From Eledone cirrhosa (taxonomy: Eukaryota): DNA of 64,000 nt. The stretch lies in contig OZ024740.1 in the NCBI GenBank assembly GCA_964016885.1, forward strand, positions 112,902,001-112,966,000. Reading direction: 5' to 3'. How positions within the stretch are numbered: the stretch's first letter is position 1; each line of letters starts with the position of its first letter. Of the stretch, positions 17,736-35,567 are shown in pieces. A program made the position numbers and the translations under genes. Below the pieces are notes generated by a model. That model worked only from the letters and a program-made list of their open reading frames with translations. It did no database searches and was not told the origin of the DNA.

Positions 17736-17980
17736 TTCTTCTGGTTTTATAATTTCACAAATGTTTGCCAATAGAGAGAGAGTCGGTTTCTAACACGGAT
17801 ACAAGACTCTCTCCTTGAATTTACACAGCATCAACTAGGTAGATTATGGATGTATGTCTGCATGCCTGTGTGGGCAGGTATGGATGTTCTTGTATGTGTG
17901 TATGTGTATGTTTTGAGTTGTATGTGTGCATGTGTATATGCTTAGTACTTGTACATGTGTATATGCAGTTATTAGATGTA
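17735..17980 (-). mobile_element. 3' UTR copy of the R4/Dong-like element
   Basis: Reverse complement of ~16681-16880, within (TATG)n. Confidence 0.7.
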
Positions 17981-18877
17981 TCTATGTGTGTACGTATGTA
18001 TGTATGTGTATATGTATGTGTGTATGCTTGTATGTATGTATGTATGTATGTATGTATGTATGTATGTATGTATGTATGTATGTATGTATGTTTGTGAAAA
18101 CGAGTTGGCAGCCACCATGTATCTATGTATGTATTTATGTATATATGTATGTGTATATGTATCTGTGTATGTTTGTATACATGTATGTATGTATGTCTGT
18201 GTGTATGTATGTATGTATGTATGTATGTATGTATGTATGTATGTATGTTTGTGTATATGCATGTATGTTTGTATGTTTGTATGTTTGTATGTATGCATGT
18301 ATGTGTGTATGTCTGTGTGTATGTATGTATGTATGTTTGTATATATATGTTTGTGTGTATGTATATAGGTAGGTACTTATGCATATAGATCAAATATGAG
18401 GACTAGCATGAAATGAGTGATTTTTATAGTTATAGCTCAGGTTTTATATAATGAAATATATAATAACATCATGAAGCGAATACAGACGTAAAACGTTCCG
18501 TTTCGGATATCATATTTTTCATGATATAAGATTTTCATGACGTCATCATTCACAGTGTAATGGACCGAAGTTGTTGTAGACGCAGCTATTGCGCTTTCCT
18601 GTTGAGTCTCATAAAACCCCATGAAGCCAAAAGAGCGAAAAGAAACCTCTCCTCACCCCACCATCTTCCTACTGTCTATTTTTCGTTCTCCGTTTAAGGG
18701 CTGATAGCCTCATGGAAGCCTTTTATGAGGTTTTATATGAAGACCTATGATTTATGGTGTATATTTAAAGTCAGGAATATTACGCTGCCATAACAGCCGA
18801 GAATATTTTACATGTTCTGCACGAAGAGAGAAATAACTAATATATAAATGTATGTATCCACCCATCCTTCTGTGTGA

Positions 18878-19120
18878 TTATCTATCTATCTATCTATCTA
18901 CCTATCTCCCTGTCTGCCTGTCTATCTGTCTATCTATTTATTTATCTATCTACCTATCTATCTCTTTCCCTATCCATCCATCTCTCTCTCTCTCTCTCTC
19001 TCAACCCCCCTCTCTCTTTATCTTTCTATCTAACTATCTAACTATTTTTCTGTCTCTCTAACTATTTATCTATCTATCTACCTATCTATCTATCTACCTA
19101 TCTATCTATTTATCTATCTA
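18878..19120. repeat. Degenerate (TATC)n microsatellite, landing site of the Tx1-like array
   Basis: Direct reading of TATC/TCTA units. Confidence 0.85.
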
Positions 19121-19270
19121 ACCCATTTGTGGGGCTTCCCCCCTATTGGGGATTTCAATTGTTGTAATTGTTTGTTTTATATTTTTTACACGACTGTATG
19201 TAAAATCCCCGGCATGTCTTTGTATTGTCCCATTTTCTTGTGCGCCCTTGTGGCAAATAAAGAAATATAT
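19121..19270 (+). mobile_element. Tx1-like LINE 3' UTR-only copy
   Basis: Ends GCCCTTGTGGCAAATAAAGAAATATATCTATC, like 21900-21930 and 27750-27785. Confidence 0.75.
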
Positions 19271-19308
19271 CTATCTACCTATCTATCTATTTATCTATCC
19301 ATTCACAC

Positions 19309-21925
19309 CTGGGCCCGCGTGACAGAGGCCAACAGTGGAACTAAATCCACCATCCGGTCTTTGCAAGACCTGGATGGACAGGCGATTCTTGAGCCTAAGC
19401 AGATGTGTGAGGCCTTTCAAAGGCACTTTGCCCGACTGTTCGGGAGGGGCGGGGAGCCGGTTGGGAACGTGGACTTCGGTCCATACCTCGACGGCCTGCC
19501 GCGCCTCTCGGACAGGGAGGCGAAGTCCTGCGAGGAGCCGATTTCGGCCGCTGAGATAGAGGACGTGCTGAGCCAATGCGGCAAACGCAAATCCCCGGGT
19601 CTCGATGGTCTTCCTTACGAATTATATCTAACTATGCCGGACTTGTTCCCCGATCTCCTCGAGGCGGTCTACTGCAACTGGCAACAGAACGGGAGAATTC
19701 CCTGTACTGTGACCAAGGGCGTAGTCACGCTAGTGAGGAAGGACGAGAACAAGGGGGACGAAATAAGTAACTTCAGGCCCATAACACTGCTAAATACAGA
19801 GTTACAGATTTTGGCCAACGTGCTAGCAAAGAGGTTGGCGCTTGTCGTGGGCAACCTGGTGGGAGATGCGCAGACATGCGCTATCCCGTCCAGGTCCATC
19901 CATGACAACCTCCACCTCATGCGATACATCATAGAGAGGGTTGGGAACGAACCCGGCTTTGGTGGGGCTCTGATCAACTTGGATCAATCTAAGGCGTTCG
20001 ATAGGGTCGACCATGGTTACCTGGATGCGGTGCTAGCGGCGGCAGGCTTCGGACCCGTTTTCAGGGGCTGGATCACTGCTATGCACAGCAGCCGCATCTG
20101 CTCTAGGGTCAAGGTGAACGGCTACCTCTCGGAGCCGTTCAAAATCGCGCGGTCCATCCGACAGGGGTGCCCTCTCTCCTCCCTTCTGTATGTGTTGACT
20201 CTCGAGCCACTACTGCGGAAGTTGGAGTTGTTGCAGGGCATCCCTTTGGAACCGGGATTGCGGAAAGCGGTGTCGGCCTACGCCGATGACGTGACAGTAA
20301 TGGTGTCGACGGCCTCCGAAATCGAGGCGGTCGGCACCTTACTGGAGGAGTACGAAAAGTTCACAGGGGCTAAGCTGAACCGGGACAAGTCGATCGGTTT
20401 GCAACTCGGCACGTGGAGGGGCAGACCGATGCCCTCCGATGGCGTCGTCGGACGCTGGACGGAGGGCCCGGTGAAGTTGCTCGGGGTCTGGTTCGGACCG
20501 GACCTCCAGGTGGAGAAAAACTGGGCGGAGGTTACGAACAGGGTGTTTGCACTGACCCAGAAGTGGGCCAGTTGCAAACTATCCCTGAAAGGTCGGGCGG
20601 AGGTGGCGAACACCTACATAGCGTCCGTCATCTACTACCGCCTGACCGTAGTGCCCTGCCCAAGGGAAACCCTCACCAAGATGGAGCGCGCGCTCTTCCA
20701 ATTCCTTTGGAAGAGGCGGGCTCCTATGGTGAGGAGATCCATCTGCTGTCAACACCCTTCGAAAGGAGGGCTGGGGATGCCGTGGCTAATGATGCGTAAA
20801 CACGCATTAAGGCTACGGCACCTCTACGTATTCCTCACCGGACAACCGGTGTGGGCCTCGTTTGTGAGACGAACCTTTCCCAGACTCGTCTCACTCACCG
20901 AGCTGCAATCCTGGGTCAAGCAAAGACCGAGAAAACTGGGCGCCTGGCACACTGAGTGTGCCCAGGCGCTCACCGCCCTCTGGCAGGCGGATCCGGTTAT
21001 CAGTGGAGACTCCACCGCAACATTCTATAGAGGGCTGGTACGCAGCAGGTGCGACGACGCCCTCGGAGAAGCCCTAGACATGGAGGAGGACGAACTGGCC
21101 AGCCTGTTCGGTAGGACATTCAGCCCGGGACCTATGGACAACTTCCAGAAGTCCCTGGCCTGGCAGTGCTACCGAGGGGCTTTACCCGTTCGAGAAAGGC
21201 TCTACAGACACGGGCGCCCGGGTAGGGACCCCGCCAAAAAGATCTGTCCCAGATGCGTGTGCGACGAGGAAACCGTTGCACACGCATTAGTACACTGCTC
21301 GGGCGTAGCCGATCTGTGGGGCTATGTCGAACAACTGCTGTCAAGGGTGGGACCGATCCGGTTGACCACCGAGTCTATTGTAATGATCAAGCCGCCTCCC
21401 CCCTTCAAAGATGAAGCAGAGGCGGTGTTTCTGTGCGTAATAGCCATGGCGAAAGAGGTTGTATGGTGGACGCGTCTGAAAGGACTGAGGTCGGGCACCT
21501 TTCTCTCTGGCCAACAACTGGTCCGTTTCTTCCGATATCATTTCGGAAGAAGGATCAGGATGGAGAGAGAGGTGCTGCACCCCAGCCGTTTCTATGAAAG
21601 ATGGGTGAAAGTGGCGAGAATGGCCCGTGTGAATGGGCCTTCACTCTACATCAGACTATAGGTGAGGAAGTTGAAAGACCAAGGGAGCACCCCCTCTCTG
21701 TGCTCCTGAGGAGAAGGGTTGCACACTTTTTTCGGGGGTGTGTGCGACCCCCCAAGGCGCCTCCTCTCTATTGAGGATTTTGTTAAAAAATTTATTTTTT
21801 GTTATATCTTATTTTATTTTTATATTTTGTTATTGCCTCCTCCTTATTGAGGACGCCTTTTTGTGTAAACTCCCCCCTTTGTACTTGTCCCACTTTTGAT
21901 GCCCTAGTGGCAAATAAAAGAAATA
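19309..21925 (+). mobile_element. 5'-truncated L1/Tx1-clade LINE; open RT and CCHC reading frame 19309-21661
   Basis: KSPGLDG, NFRPITLLNTE, DQSKAFDRV, RQGCPLS, AYADD, GGLG, CPRC..EETVAHALVHC; AATAAA followed by (TATC)n. Confidence 0.92.
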
Positions 21926-21978
<53 letters not shown>

Positions 21979-22201
21979 CTCTATATATAACAGCGTAGAT
22001 GTAATTCACTTCGCGCAGAAGTTTTGTTCAAATTTATTGCGGAAATTTTGTAAGTTCAATTTTAATTTTGATACTATTGTGTAGCTTGACCCCCCGTCTA
22101 AACTGTCAGGCGGTGGGTCAGCTCATCTTTACCCCTCCTAGGGGTGAAAAACCTGTTTTTAAAAATTTTGTGGCATAAAAAATTTCAATCGTCTGACAGA
22201 A

Positions 22202-24102
22202 ATGTTAAATGAAGCTAACGAAAATAGTGGTGGGGGGACAGCGGTAAGAGTTGTAAGCTCGCGCGCTTTAGTCCCCCCTTCCTTCCCAACTAACGTCATA
22301 GAGAAGGAAGGAAAAAATAAAATAAAAACAGACGAATCTGCGGAGAAAAATGACGAAAACACAAATCTGGACATGGATTCCAACAACGAAAAAAAAAAAT
22401 TTGAAAAATTGCATGACAATATTAATACCACAAACAAAGACACAACAAACACAAAAATAACATTTGAAAACAACATCATAACAGAAAGCAAAGCAGACGA
22501 CAAAGTCAACACCAATAATATTTCACAACAAAGAAATCTTTGACATATATACCTGAAAATATTTCAGATGTGGCACAAAGAATTGCAGACGCCAAACAAT
22601 ATATAACTGAAGGAGAGAATGGTATTTTATCGGTAAAAATGCCTCAATAACTCACCAAAGACATTGAAAGTCGAACGGTCGTTTTCCGCACCATCAACAA
22701 CACTTCAAAAAAACCTGAACAGCCAACTCAAACAGAAATCAAAACAATACTTACAGAAGTACTTAATGAAACCACTTTCATAAGAAAAGACAGACTGTAT
22801 GGAAGTCTAGCGATTATTATGGAGAACGAATAGGCGGCAAAAAAATGTGCTTTGTCACCGATTCGTTCGAAAAATTTTACCTTTTATCCATCTTATATGG
22901 GTAAAAGAACTCAACGCATATGGCTGGATGCAATGATGCCAGATGTGGACTACTGCTGGCTCATAGCTGGCTTTATCGATCCAGCGAATGACAACGTGAT
23001 TTCCATTGGGAAAACCACAGGCAATGCGTTCAGTGGAACAGGTATAGAACTTGTAGTGCAAATGAAGCCTGAACGCATCGCCCAAATACCCGACAGAATC
23101 CTATTAGAGGACCACGGGTATATAAACATTAGCGTGGAGGGGAGAAGGCCGTCCTGTCATATCTGTGCAGGCAGAGGGCACCTGAAGGCGGCTTGTCCCC
23201 AACTCAACAAAAAGAAAACCCTGCTACCAACACCAGCTCCACCACCACCACCACAACAGATAAACAAACAACAAAACTCAGTCCCACCCAACCCGTCCCT
23301 CAGTAAAACTACACCACCACCACAACACAAACAGTCACAACACATTACCCCAAAACAAAATACAGGCCCACCCAACCCCTCACTCAATAAAACAACACAA
23401 CCACCGCAGACACAACACACAACACAGTCTAACATAGTGACATCCATCTCCCCCACAAAGAAAACCAACACGGAAACATTACCAGCAAACATACCTCTTC
23501 CCTCCAACACTGAAGATAACCCAACGAATTCGGAGGAAGAAACGGAGTCCTTCAGACAGATTAAAAGGAAAAAAAGAAAACATGTGCAAAACACACAAGG
23601 CCAAACAACCCCCACCCAAATGTCAACACAATCCAACAAAACAGAAAACACCCCTCCAGCAACAAACAAAACCAAACCTGCCCCTCCCCTCTTCGAAACA
23701 CTCACACCATCCGAAAAAAAGACATTACACTATACTTACATCAACAGAAACAATAATAAATTAAATGAACTCATAAACAATAATCCTTCGGTACAAACCG
23801 AAGGTGTAAACTTTGTTTCTTCAGAAAACTACCCACATTTAAAATTAATAAAGATCCCAATGAACCTCTACCAAAAACTAAAAAAGGATTTTAAGGAGGA
23901 CGTAGGACCACCCTCTGTCAAACCCATAAACCGCGTCCTACTAAAAAGCTTTCCCCCTCCCCTTCCCCTCCCCAACACAACTCCAAACACCCCAACCCCA
24001 CCACACACTGACGACCAGACACCACCACAAGACACCCCTTCACCCAACACCCCCGACCCCATGGAAGTCGTGCGACCCGAACCCCGGGAAGCAGAAAGGT
24101 AG
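22202..24102 (+). pseudogene. LINE ORF1 (gag-like, CCHC zinc knuckle, Pro/Thr-rich tail), disrupted
   Basis: CHICAGRGHLKAAC = CX2CX4HX4C; frameshift near 22540 and in-frame stops before 22852. Confidence 0.8.
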
Positions 24103-24135
24103 GTCTCTACACTCTCCTTTGGCTCTGCCGCCCAC

Positions 24136-27100
24136 ATGGATGTGTTAAGAGTAGGATGTTTGAATGCACGTGGCCTGGGCTCAACTTGGAAGCAAGCAAA
24201 GCTTCTAAATGACCTCAGGTCATGTGGTATAAATGTAATGGTTATCTGTGAGACTCGGATCAGCGTCGTGCGGCAGCTGGCCCCTACCTTCGATGACTTT
24301 GAGGTGCATGCATCTCTCTGTCAATCTGGAGGTGGGGGTGGGGTTGTTGGACTGCTGCAAAAACACCTGGGTCTTGCCGTACAGGTTGTTCACTCGGACC
24401 CGGAGGGTCGTTTGTTGGTGCTAGACGTTGGCAGTAGTGAAGGTGCGGCCTTGAGACTGGTCGCCGTCTACTCCCCTTTCGGAGCTGAACAGCCCGACTT
24501 CTTCCAGCGTTTGGAGACTTTTCTGGGAACGTCGCGTTCCCTGCTTCTAGCGGGGGTATTGGAATGACATCCTAGATGCACGTTGGGACTATGCAGGAGC
24601 ATGTCCTAATAGAGAGAGGTGTAACAGCCTCAAGGGGTTACTCGACCGTTTTAACTTGGTCGATAGATATCGACTAGATTTTCCAACTGTGCCTACCTTG
24701 ACTTGGAGAAACCACAGTGGTCAATCTAGATCGTACTTAGATAGATTCTTAGTTAGAAGTAAGGATAGGGACATATTAAGCTGTCCAGAAATGCGCACGG
24801 TTGGCTATACGGATCACAAATTAGTGACCTGCGTAGTCAATCTCGAGAAAACACATAAACAGGGTCCCGGTTACTGGAAACTTAATTTGTCTTTACCGGC
24901 AAAAGAGACTTACAGAAACCGGATTAGCAGATTAGTTAAGGAGAGGTTGACGGGTGCAATCGTCAACAACCGATGGTGGGCATCTCTCAAAAGAGAGATT
25001 AGAACAGAATCAATAAGTTATAGCAAGATGTTAGCTGCCGATAGGAATAGAAACGAGAAAGAATTAACAGGTAAATTAGAAGAGGCAATCAAGAGCGAAG
25101 ATGTGGCCAGAGTGCTGGCATCGAGTACGGCCTTGAACCAGTTTTTCGATGCAAAGCACGAAGGCTGCGTCATTCGAAGTAAAATACGTGCTCTAGGTAA
25201 TGGCTGGGCCCGCGTGACAGAAGCTAAGAGTGGAAATCGATCCACCATCCGGTCGTTGCAAGACGAGGATGGATGGGTGATCCGGGAGCCTAATCAGATG
25301 TGCGAGGCCTTTCAAAGGCACTTTGCCCGATTATTCGGGGGAGGCGAGGGTCCGGGCGGGGGCGTGGATTTCGGTCCATACCTCGACGGCCTGCCGCGTC
25401 TCTCGAGCGAAGAGGCAGAGTCCTGCGAGGGACCAATCTCGGCTGATGAGATCGGGGATGCGCTGAGCCAATGCAGCAGACGCAAATCTCCAGGTCTCGA
25501 TGGTATACCTTACGAACTTTATTTAGCAATGCCGGTCTTCTTCTCCGAACTCCTCGAAGCAGTCTACTGCAATTGGCAGCAGAACGGGAGAATTCCTTGT
25601 TCTGTAGCCAAGGGCGTAGTCTCGCTGGTGAGGAAGGACGAGAACAAGGGGGATAGTATAAATAATTTTCGGCCCATAACCCTGCTAAACACAGAGTTAA
25701 AGATTTTGGCCAAGGTGTTAGCAAAGATGTTGGCGCTTGTCGTGGGTAGCCTGGTGGGAGATGCGCAAACATGTGCTATCCCATCCAGGTCCATTCACGA
25801 TAACCTCCACCTCATGCGATACATCATATAGAGGGTTGGCAACAAACCCGGCTCGGTGGGGCCCTGATCAACTTGGATCAGTCTAAGGCCTTCGATAGGG
25901 TCGACCATGGTTACCTGGATGCGGTGCTAGCGGCGGCTGGGTTCGGTCTTGTTTTCAGAGGCTGGATCACTGCCTTACATAGCAACCACATCTGTTCTAG
26001 AATCAAGGTGAACGGCTACCTTTCAAAGCCGTTCGAAATCACACGATCCATTCGACAGGGGTGCCCTCTCTCCTCCCTTCTGTACATATTGACTCTCGGG
26101 CCTTTACTGAGGAAGTTAGAGTTGTTGCAGGGTATCCCCCTGGAACCAGGATTGAGCAAAGCGGTGTCGGCCTACGCCGATGACGTAACAGTAATGGTAT
26201 CGACCGACTCGGAGATCGAGGCGATCGGTACCTTACTGGAGGATTACGAAAGGTTGTCAGGAGCGAAACTGAACCGGGAAAAATCCATCGGGCTGCAACT
26301 CGGAACGTGGAGAGGCAGACCGATGCCTCCCGACGGTGTCGTCGGACAGTGGACGGAGGGCCCGGTAAAGTTGCTTGGTGTCTGGTTTGGACCGGACCTG
26401 CAGGTGGAAAAGAACTGGGACGAGGTTACGAACAAGGTGTTTGCACTAACCCAGAAATGGGCCAAGTGTAAGCTGTCCCTAAAAGGCCGGGCGGAGGTGG
26501 CGAACATTTACATAGCGTCCGTCACTTACTACCGCCTGCCTGTCGTGCCTTGCCCTAAGGAAACACTCACCACCATGGAGCGCATGCTCTTCCAATTTCT
26601 TTGGAAGAAGCGCCCTCCTATGGTGAGAAGATCCATCTGCTGCCAACAACCTTCGAAAGGAGGGCTGGGGATGCCGTGGTTGATGATGCGTAGGCACGCA
26701 TTAAGGCTATGGCACCTACAGGTATTCCTCACTGGTCAACTGGTGTGGGCTCCGTTCGTGAAAGGAGCCTTTCCGAGACTCGTCTCGCTCACCGAGCTGC
26801 AGTCCTGGGTCAAGCAAAGATCCGGAAAACTGGGAGACTGGCACACTGAGTGTGCTCAGGCGCTCAGGGCTCTCTGGCAAGCGGGCCAGGCCATCGGTGG
26901 AGAATCCACCTCGTCATTCTATAGAGGGCTGGTGGCTAGCAGGGGCGATTACACCCTTGGAGAGTCGCTGGACATGGAAGAGGACGAACTGGCCAGCCTG
27001 TTTGGTAGGACTTTCGGCCCGGGACCAATGGACAACTTCCAGAATTCACTAACCTGGCAGTGCTACCGTGGGGCTCTACCCGTTCGAGAGAGGCTCTACA

Positions 27101-27555
27101 GACACGGGCGCCCGGGCAGGGATCCCTCGAAAAAGATTTGCCCTAGATGCGTGCGTCACGAAGAAACCGTTGCGCACGCATTGGTGCAATGTCCGGGCGT
27201 GGCTGATCTGTGGGGCTATGCCGAACGACTGCTGTCGCGGGTGGCGCCGATTCAATTGACCGCCGAGTCCGTGATGACAATCAAACCGCCTCCCCTCTTC
27301 ACAAAGGAAGCAAAGGCGGTTATTCTGTGCGTAATAGCCATGTTGAAAGAGGTTGTTTGGTGGACACAATTGAAAGGTCTGAGGTCAGGCAACTTCCTCT
27401 CTGGCCATAGTCTGGTCTACTCCTTCCGATATCACTTCGGAAGAAGGATAAGAATGGAGAGAGAGGTGCTTGGCCACAGGCAGTTTTATGAAAGGTGGGT
27501 GATAGTGGCGAGAATGGCTGGTGTAAATGAGCCTTCTCTGTATACCATCCTGTAG
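24136..27555 (+). pseudogene. LINE ORF2 (APE endonuclease, reverse transcriptase, CCHC) with frameshifts
   Basis: LNARGL, ICET, AVYSP, SYLDRF, TDHK, GPGYWKLN; RT motifs as in the upstream copy; breaks near 24560 and 25830-25860. Confidence 0.92.
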
Positions 27556-28659
27556 GTAAAGAAGTGAAGGAGAGGGGAGCACCTTCTCCATGTGCTCCTC
27601 GGGCAAAGGATTGCACACTTTTTCGGGGGTGTGTGCAACCCCCATCACGTCCCCTCCCTTTTGAGGTTGTTTTCGATTATTTTCATTTTATGCCCTTTTT
27701 ACTCGATTGTATGTAAACTCCCCCTTTGTATTTGTCCCTTCTTTTTATGCCTTTATGGTAAATAAAGAAATATATCTATCTATCTATATATCGATCGATT
27801 TGGTGCTAGATATTTTTGCAAATTATTATAATTTAACAACGAAGAAAGTCTATTAATGATGCTTCGTACATGGGCCATTCTTGCAACATTCATTCAACTT
27901 TAACAAATGTTCTGGGGGGAGAGGGGGACAGCCCTTCTCTCTCGACTCTTCCCTTCCTTTTTAGGTGAAATATCAAAAAGTTGATAGTTGATTGGTCGAA
28001 GAGAAAAGTTTCTGTCTTCATTTCTTTCAACCTCATCTACTACACAACCACTTTCACTACGGCCAGCATACTCTGTGATATGCCAATACACACATACTAG
28101 GGGATCAAAGCCAATCTAGAGGATGTTATAGTCAAATACCACAAAAAAGAAAGTCTTCTATTTTATATATGAATCCTCACAAATGGCAATATGTCTACAA
28201 GGAAATGGAGAAATTATCCATATATAAAGATGAAGAGATAGAAATAACCCGAATCTAGATGATGAAATCAGAAACAATATGAATAATAATAGGTGATACG
28301 AGAATAATAATAATAAAAAAACAACATAGACAGATACATAACAAAAACCCCAGAGCTTAGAAATATATACAATATAGAGAAAATAGCACTAGGCACTGCA
28401 TATATATTACGAAGATTACTCTCAATACAATAGAAACAACACCAAAACTCACTCTTCCCATACCCATGCCACACAGAGTTGTGTTCGGTAATGCAGTAAT
28501 GACACGTAATAAAAACAAGACTAATAAGGATAATAATAATAACAATAATACTGCTGATGCATAGATATAGTTGTGGAAGGATAGGCAAAATAAATAGGTG
28601 AAGTATATGTAATATAGATTACTGCGTAAACATGCACGTTCGCATCAGAGATTTGTTCA

Positions 28660-28865
28660 TTTATACTGTGTGAAGCTAATCTCAGTAGAATCTGAAGTTA
28701 CGACCCATTACGTTCTGAGTTCAAATCCCACCGAGGTTAGCTTTGCCTTTCAGTCCTACGGGTCGATAAAATAAAGTACCAGTAACACACTGGTGTCGAT
28801 TTCATCGATTTTTCTCTCCCCTAAAATATTTGGTCTTGTGCCTATATTAGAAAACATAATTATGA
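28660..28865 (+). mobile_element. Degenerate tRNA-type SINE
   Basis: GAGTTCAAATCCC..GCCTTTCA..GGGTCGATAAAATAAAGTACCAG. Confidence 0.75.
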
Positions 28866-29757
28866 TGTATAGATTTGGCTATAGAGTGGTGCGATAACAG
28901 TTATATTAAAATGTATTAGAATCTAACAATTCAATGATTTACCATATTTTTCATGAATATACAGTGATGATATATTAATTATCTCTAATGTGGGTCAATG
29001 TTTGTATTTGCCCGGCTGGCTGACTAATGGTTAAATAATAGCATCTGGTTTCCCATTTAAAACATTTCTTTTTCCAGGATCTTTATAGATTGGGGTGAGG
29101 GTGGGGTGGGAGGACACACAGTTCTTCCGACGTGGTACTTGCTAAAATTTGACGACATCCCAAGGTATATTTTCAAACGGATGTAATAGCAGGATAGGTT
29201 AGGTTTATTAGTATTTTTAATTTATTCTGTAGATGTATAGAACATTTTCTCTCTACATCTACAGAAGGTTCTGTGGTTTGTGTGGGTTGCAATGAACAAG
29301 ATCTCAACGAGAATTAAGTAATTTATTACGGTGAAAACATCTTCATTGCTTCGATCACTGTATTCACTCTGGTAGGGATTTGCGATCCTATTATGAACCG
29401 TGTAAGGTGCTAGTTTATATTCATGCCTTTGAAAGCCAAGATATATATATATATATAAGTTGAAATAAAATGAAAACGAAATTTCATTTCTCACTCTTAG
29501 TACGGCACTTACTTAAATGTAAGTATGTGTGTATACGTACATACATATACGTATACAGACGTACAGTAGCATGCATATATATATATATATATACATATAT
29601 ACATACAGGTACACATACATATATGCACGTATTAGTTTAGCGGACGCTTATTATAACGCCGCTTTGTTCGTTTGTAAACAAACTGAACAGCCTGAATTTT
29701 TATGCCGTACGGTGTTAAGGCAACCACGTCACCTTTTTGTTCAACACTGACACAGGA

Positions 29758-29800
29758 ACGATGTACTAGTTTCAAGCTTGTTAGCTATCATCAGCACCGT
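29758..29800 (-). ncRNA. Minimal type I hammerhead ribozyme
   Basis: Minus strand ACGGTG-CTGATGA-TAGCT AACA AGCTT-GAAA-CTAG-TA-CATCGT. Confidence 0.85.
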
Positions 29801-30036
29801 ATACCCATCTGCCAGATAGTTGAACGTTCGAAAGTGTATACTTTCCTTATGAAAATTAACGGCTGAGCAGCCTAATTTGCATATGGAGTGAGCTAAGTCG
29901 GTCAGGCATACCGAAAACGATAAGTTGAAATAAAATGAAAACGAAATTTCATTTCTCACTCTTAGTACAGCACTTACTTAAATGTAAGTATGTGTGTATA
30001 CGTACATATATATATGTATACAGACGTACAGTAGCA

Positions 30037-30144
<108 letters not shown>

Positions 30145-30300
30145 CATACAGGTACACATACATATATGCACGTATCAGTTTAGCGGACGCTTATTATAAC
30201 GCCGCTTTGTTCGTTTGTAAACAAACTGAACAGCCTGAATTTTTATGCCGTACGGTGTTAACGCAACCACGTCACCTTTTTGTTCAACACTGACACAGGA

Positions 30301-30343
30301 ACGATGTACTAGTTTCATGCTTGTTAGCTATCATCAGCACCGT
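30301..30343 (-). ncRNA. Minimal type I hammerhead ribozyme (second tandem copy)
   Basis: Same motif with one stem II substitution. Confidence 0.75.
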
Positions 30344-30522
30344 ATACCCATCTGCCAGATAGTTGAACGTTCGAAAGTATATACTTTCCTTATGAAAATT
30401 AAACTGATACGTGCATATATGTATGTGTACCTGTATGTATATATGTATATATATATATATATATATGCATGCTACTGTACGTCTGTATACATATATATAT
30501 GTACGTATACACACATACTTAC

Positions 30523-30575
<53 letters not shown>

Positions 30576-30689
30576 AATGAATATATGAGAGGGATGAACA
30601 CCGATACAAGTATACATATGTTCGAATTGTAAATGACCAAGTTCGCTATTTAATTGTAAAAGACTATTTTAAGTTTATAACTCAATATA

Positions 30690-30763
<74 letters not shown>

Positions 30764-30765
<2 letters not shown>

Positions 30766-31373
30766 GAGAATCTTTCTTTGCAACGAAGGCCGTATGGTCT
30801 CCGTTTATTTTTGGGATTCGAAACCGATTGGTAAAGGTAACTATAGTAGGTAAAGTCAATTTTTTAAAATTTATTTTGAAACTTTCATTATTTGCCAAAC
30901 CTTGTTTATATATGTTCTGACTCGTTAATTTATTAACCTACCATTGAACCACATTGGCATTTGGTTGGACAATACATGCGTCCCTTAGCGCCTTGTGCGT
31001 GAAGGAACACATATCCTATTATTACTACTCTCCTCTACTGTTGAGACAAATTGGGTCGCTCCGACTGCTGCTAGTGATAGTTGCGACCTACCTCCCTCTG
31101 CCTCTATCTTTACTTCGGCCCTTGAAAAAATTGTTTCTTCATCCACTCTCATCCCAGGAACAGTTTTGATAGCGCTAGTTCGTAATTTAAATTCAAGAAT
31201 TTTATATTCTTCGAATGAAAAGATCCTTCTGACGAGAATCTTTCTTTGCTACGAAGGCCGTATGGTCTCCGTTTATTTTTGGGATTCGAAACCGATCGGT
31301 AAAGGTAACTATAGTAGGTAAAGTCAATTTTTTAAAATTTATTTTGAAACTTTTTCATTATTTGCTAAACCTT

Positions 31374-31382
<9 letters not shown>
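30764..31382 (+). mobile_element. Retrozyme-like element: 468-nt unit with ~150-nt terminal direct repeat
   Basis: 30764-30912 is repeated at 31232-31382; the repeat contains the HHR; (TA)n flanks; no credible ORF. Confidence 0.8.
31225..31305 (+). ncRNA. Type I hammerhead ribozyme
   Basis: CCTT/AAGG; CTGACGA 31229-31235; GAATC/GATTC; GAAA 31288-31291; palindrome CCGATCGG; GTA. Confidence 0.88.
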
Positions 31383-35006
<3,624 letters not shown>

Positions 35007-35032
35007 TATATATATATATATATATATATATA

Positions 35033-35443
<411 letters not shown>

Positions 35444-35567
35444 TTGATCAACAAGATCCCAGACCACATTCGCTTAACGTGTGGGGTGGAGCTTCTTAAA
35501 TCGGATCGAGGAAACAACGTATCCATCGGTCTTTCCATTTGCTAATACTATCTACCAGTCGCAAATA

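Larger units (their letters stand above)
21990..27785 (+). mobile_element. Full-length but inactivated L1/Tx1-clade LINE
   Basis: 5' UTR, ORF1, ORF2 (APE-RT-CCHC) and 3' UTR ending AATAAAGAAATATATCTATC; preceded by (TATC)n. Confidence 0.9.

Noticed and set aside
19127-19308. N-terminus of the 844-aa ORF
   Set aside because: Chance read-through of another copy's 3' UTR and TATC repeat; LINE ORF2 homology starts near 19309.
27900-28091. 63-aa minus-strand ORF as a possible host exon
   Set aside because: No recognisable domain or convincing splice context.
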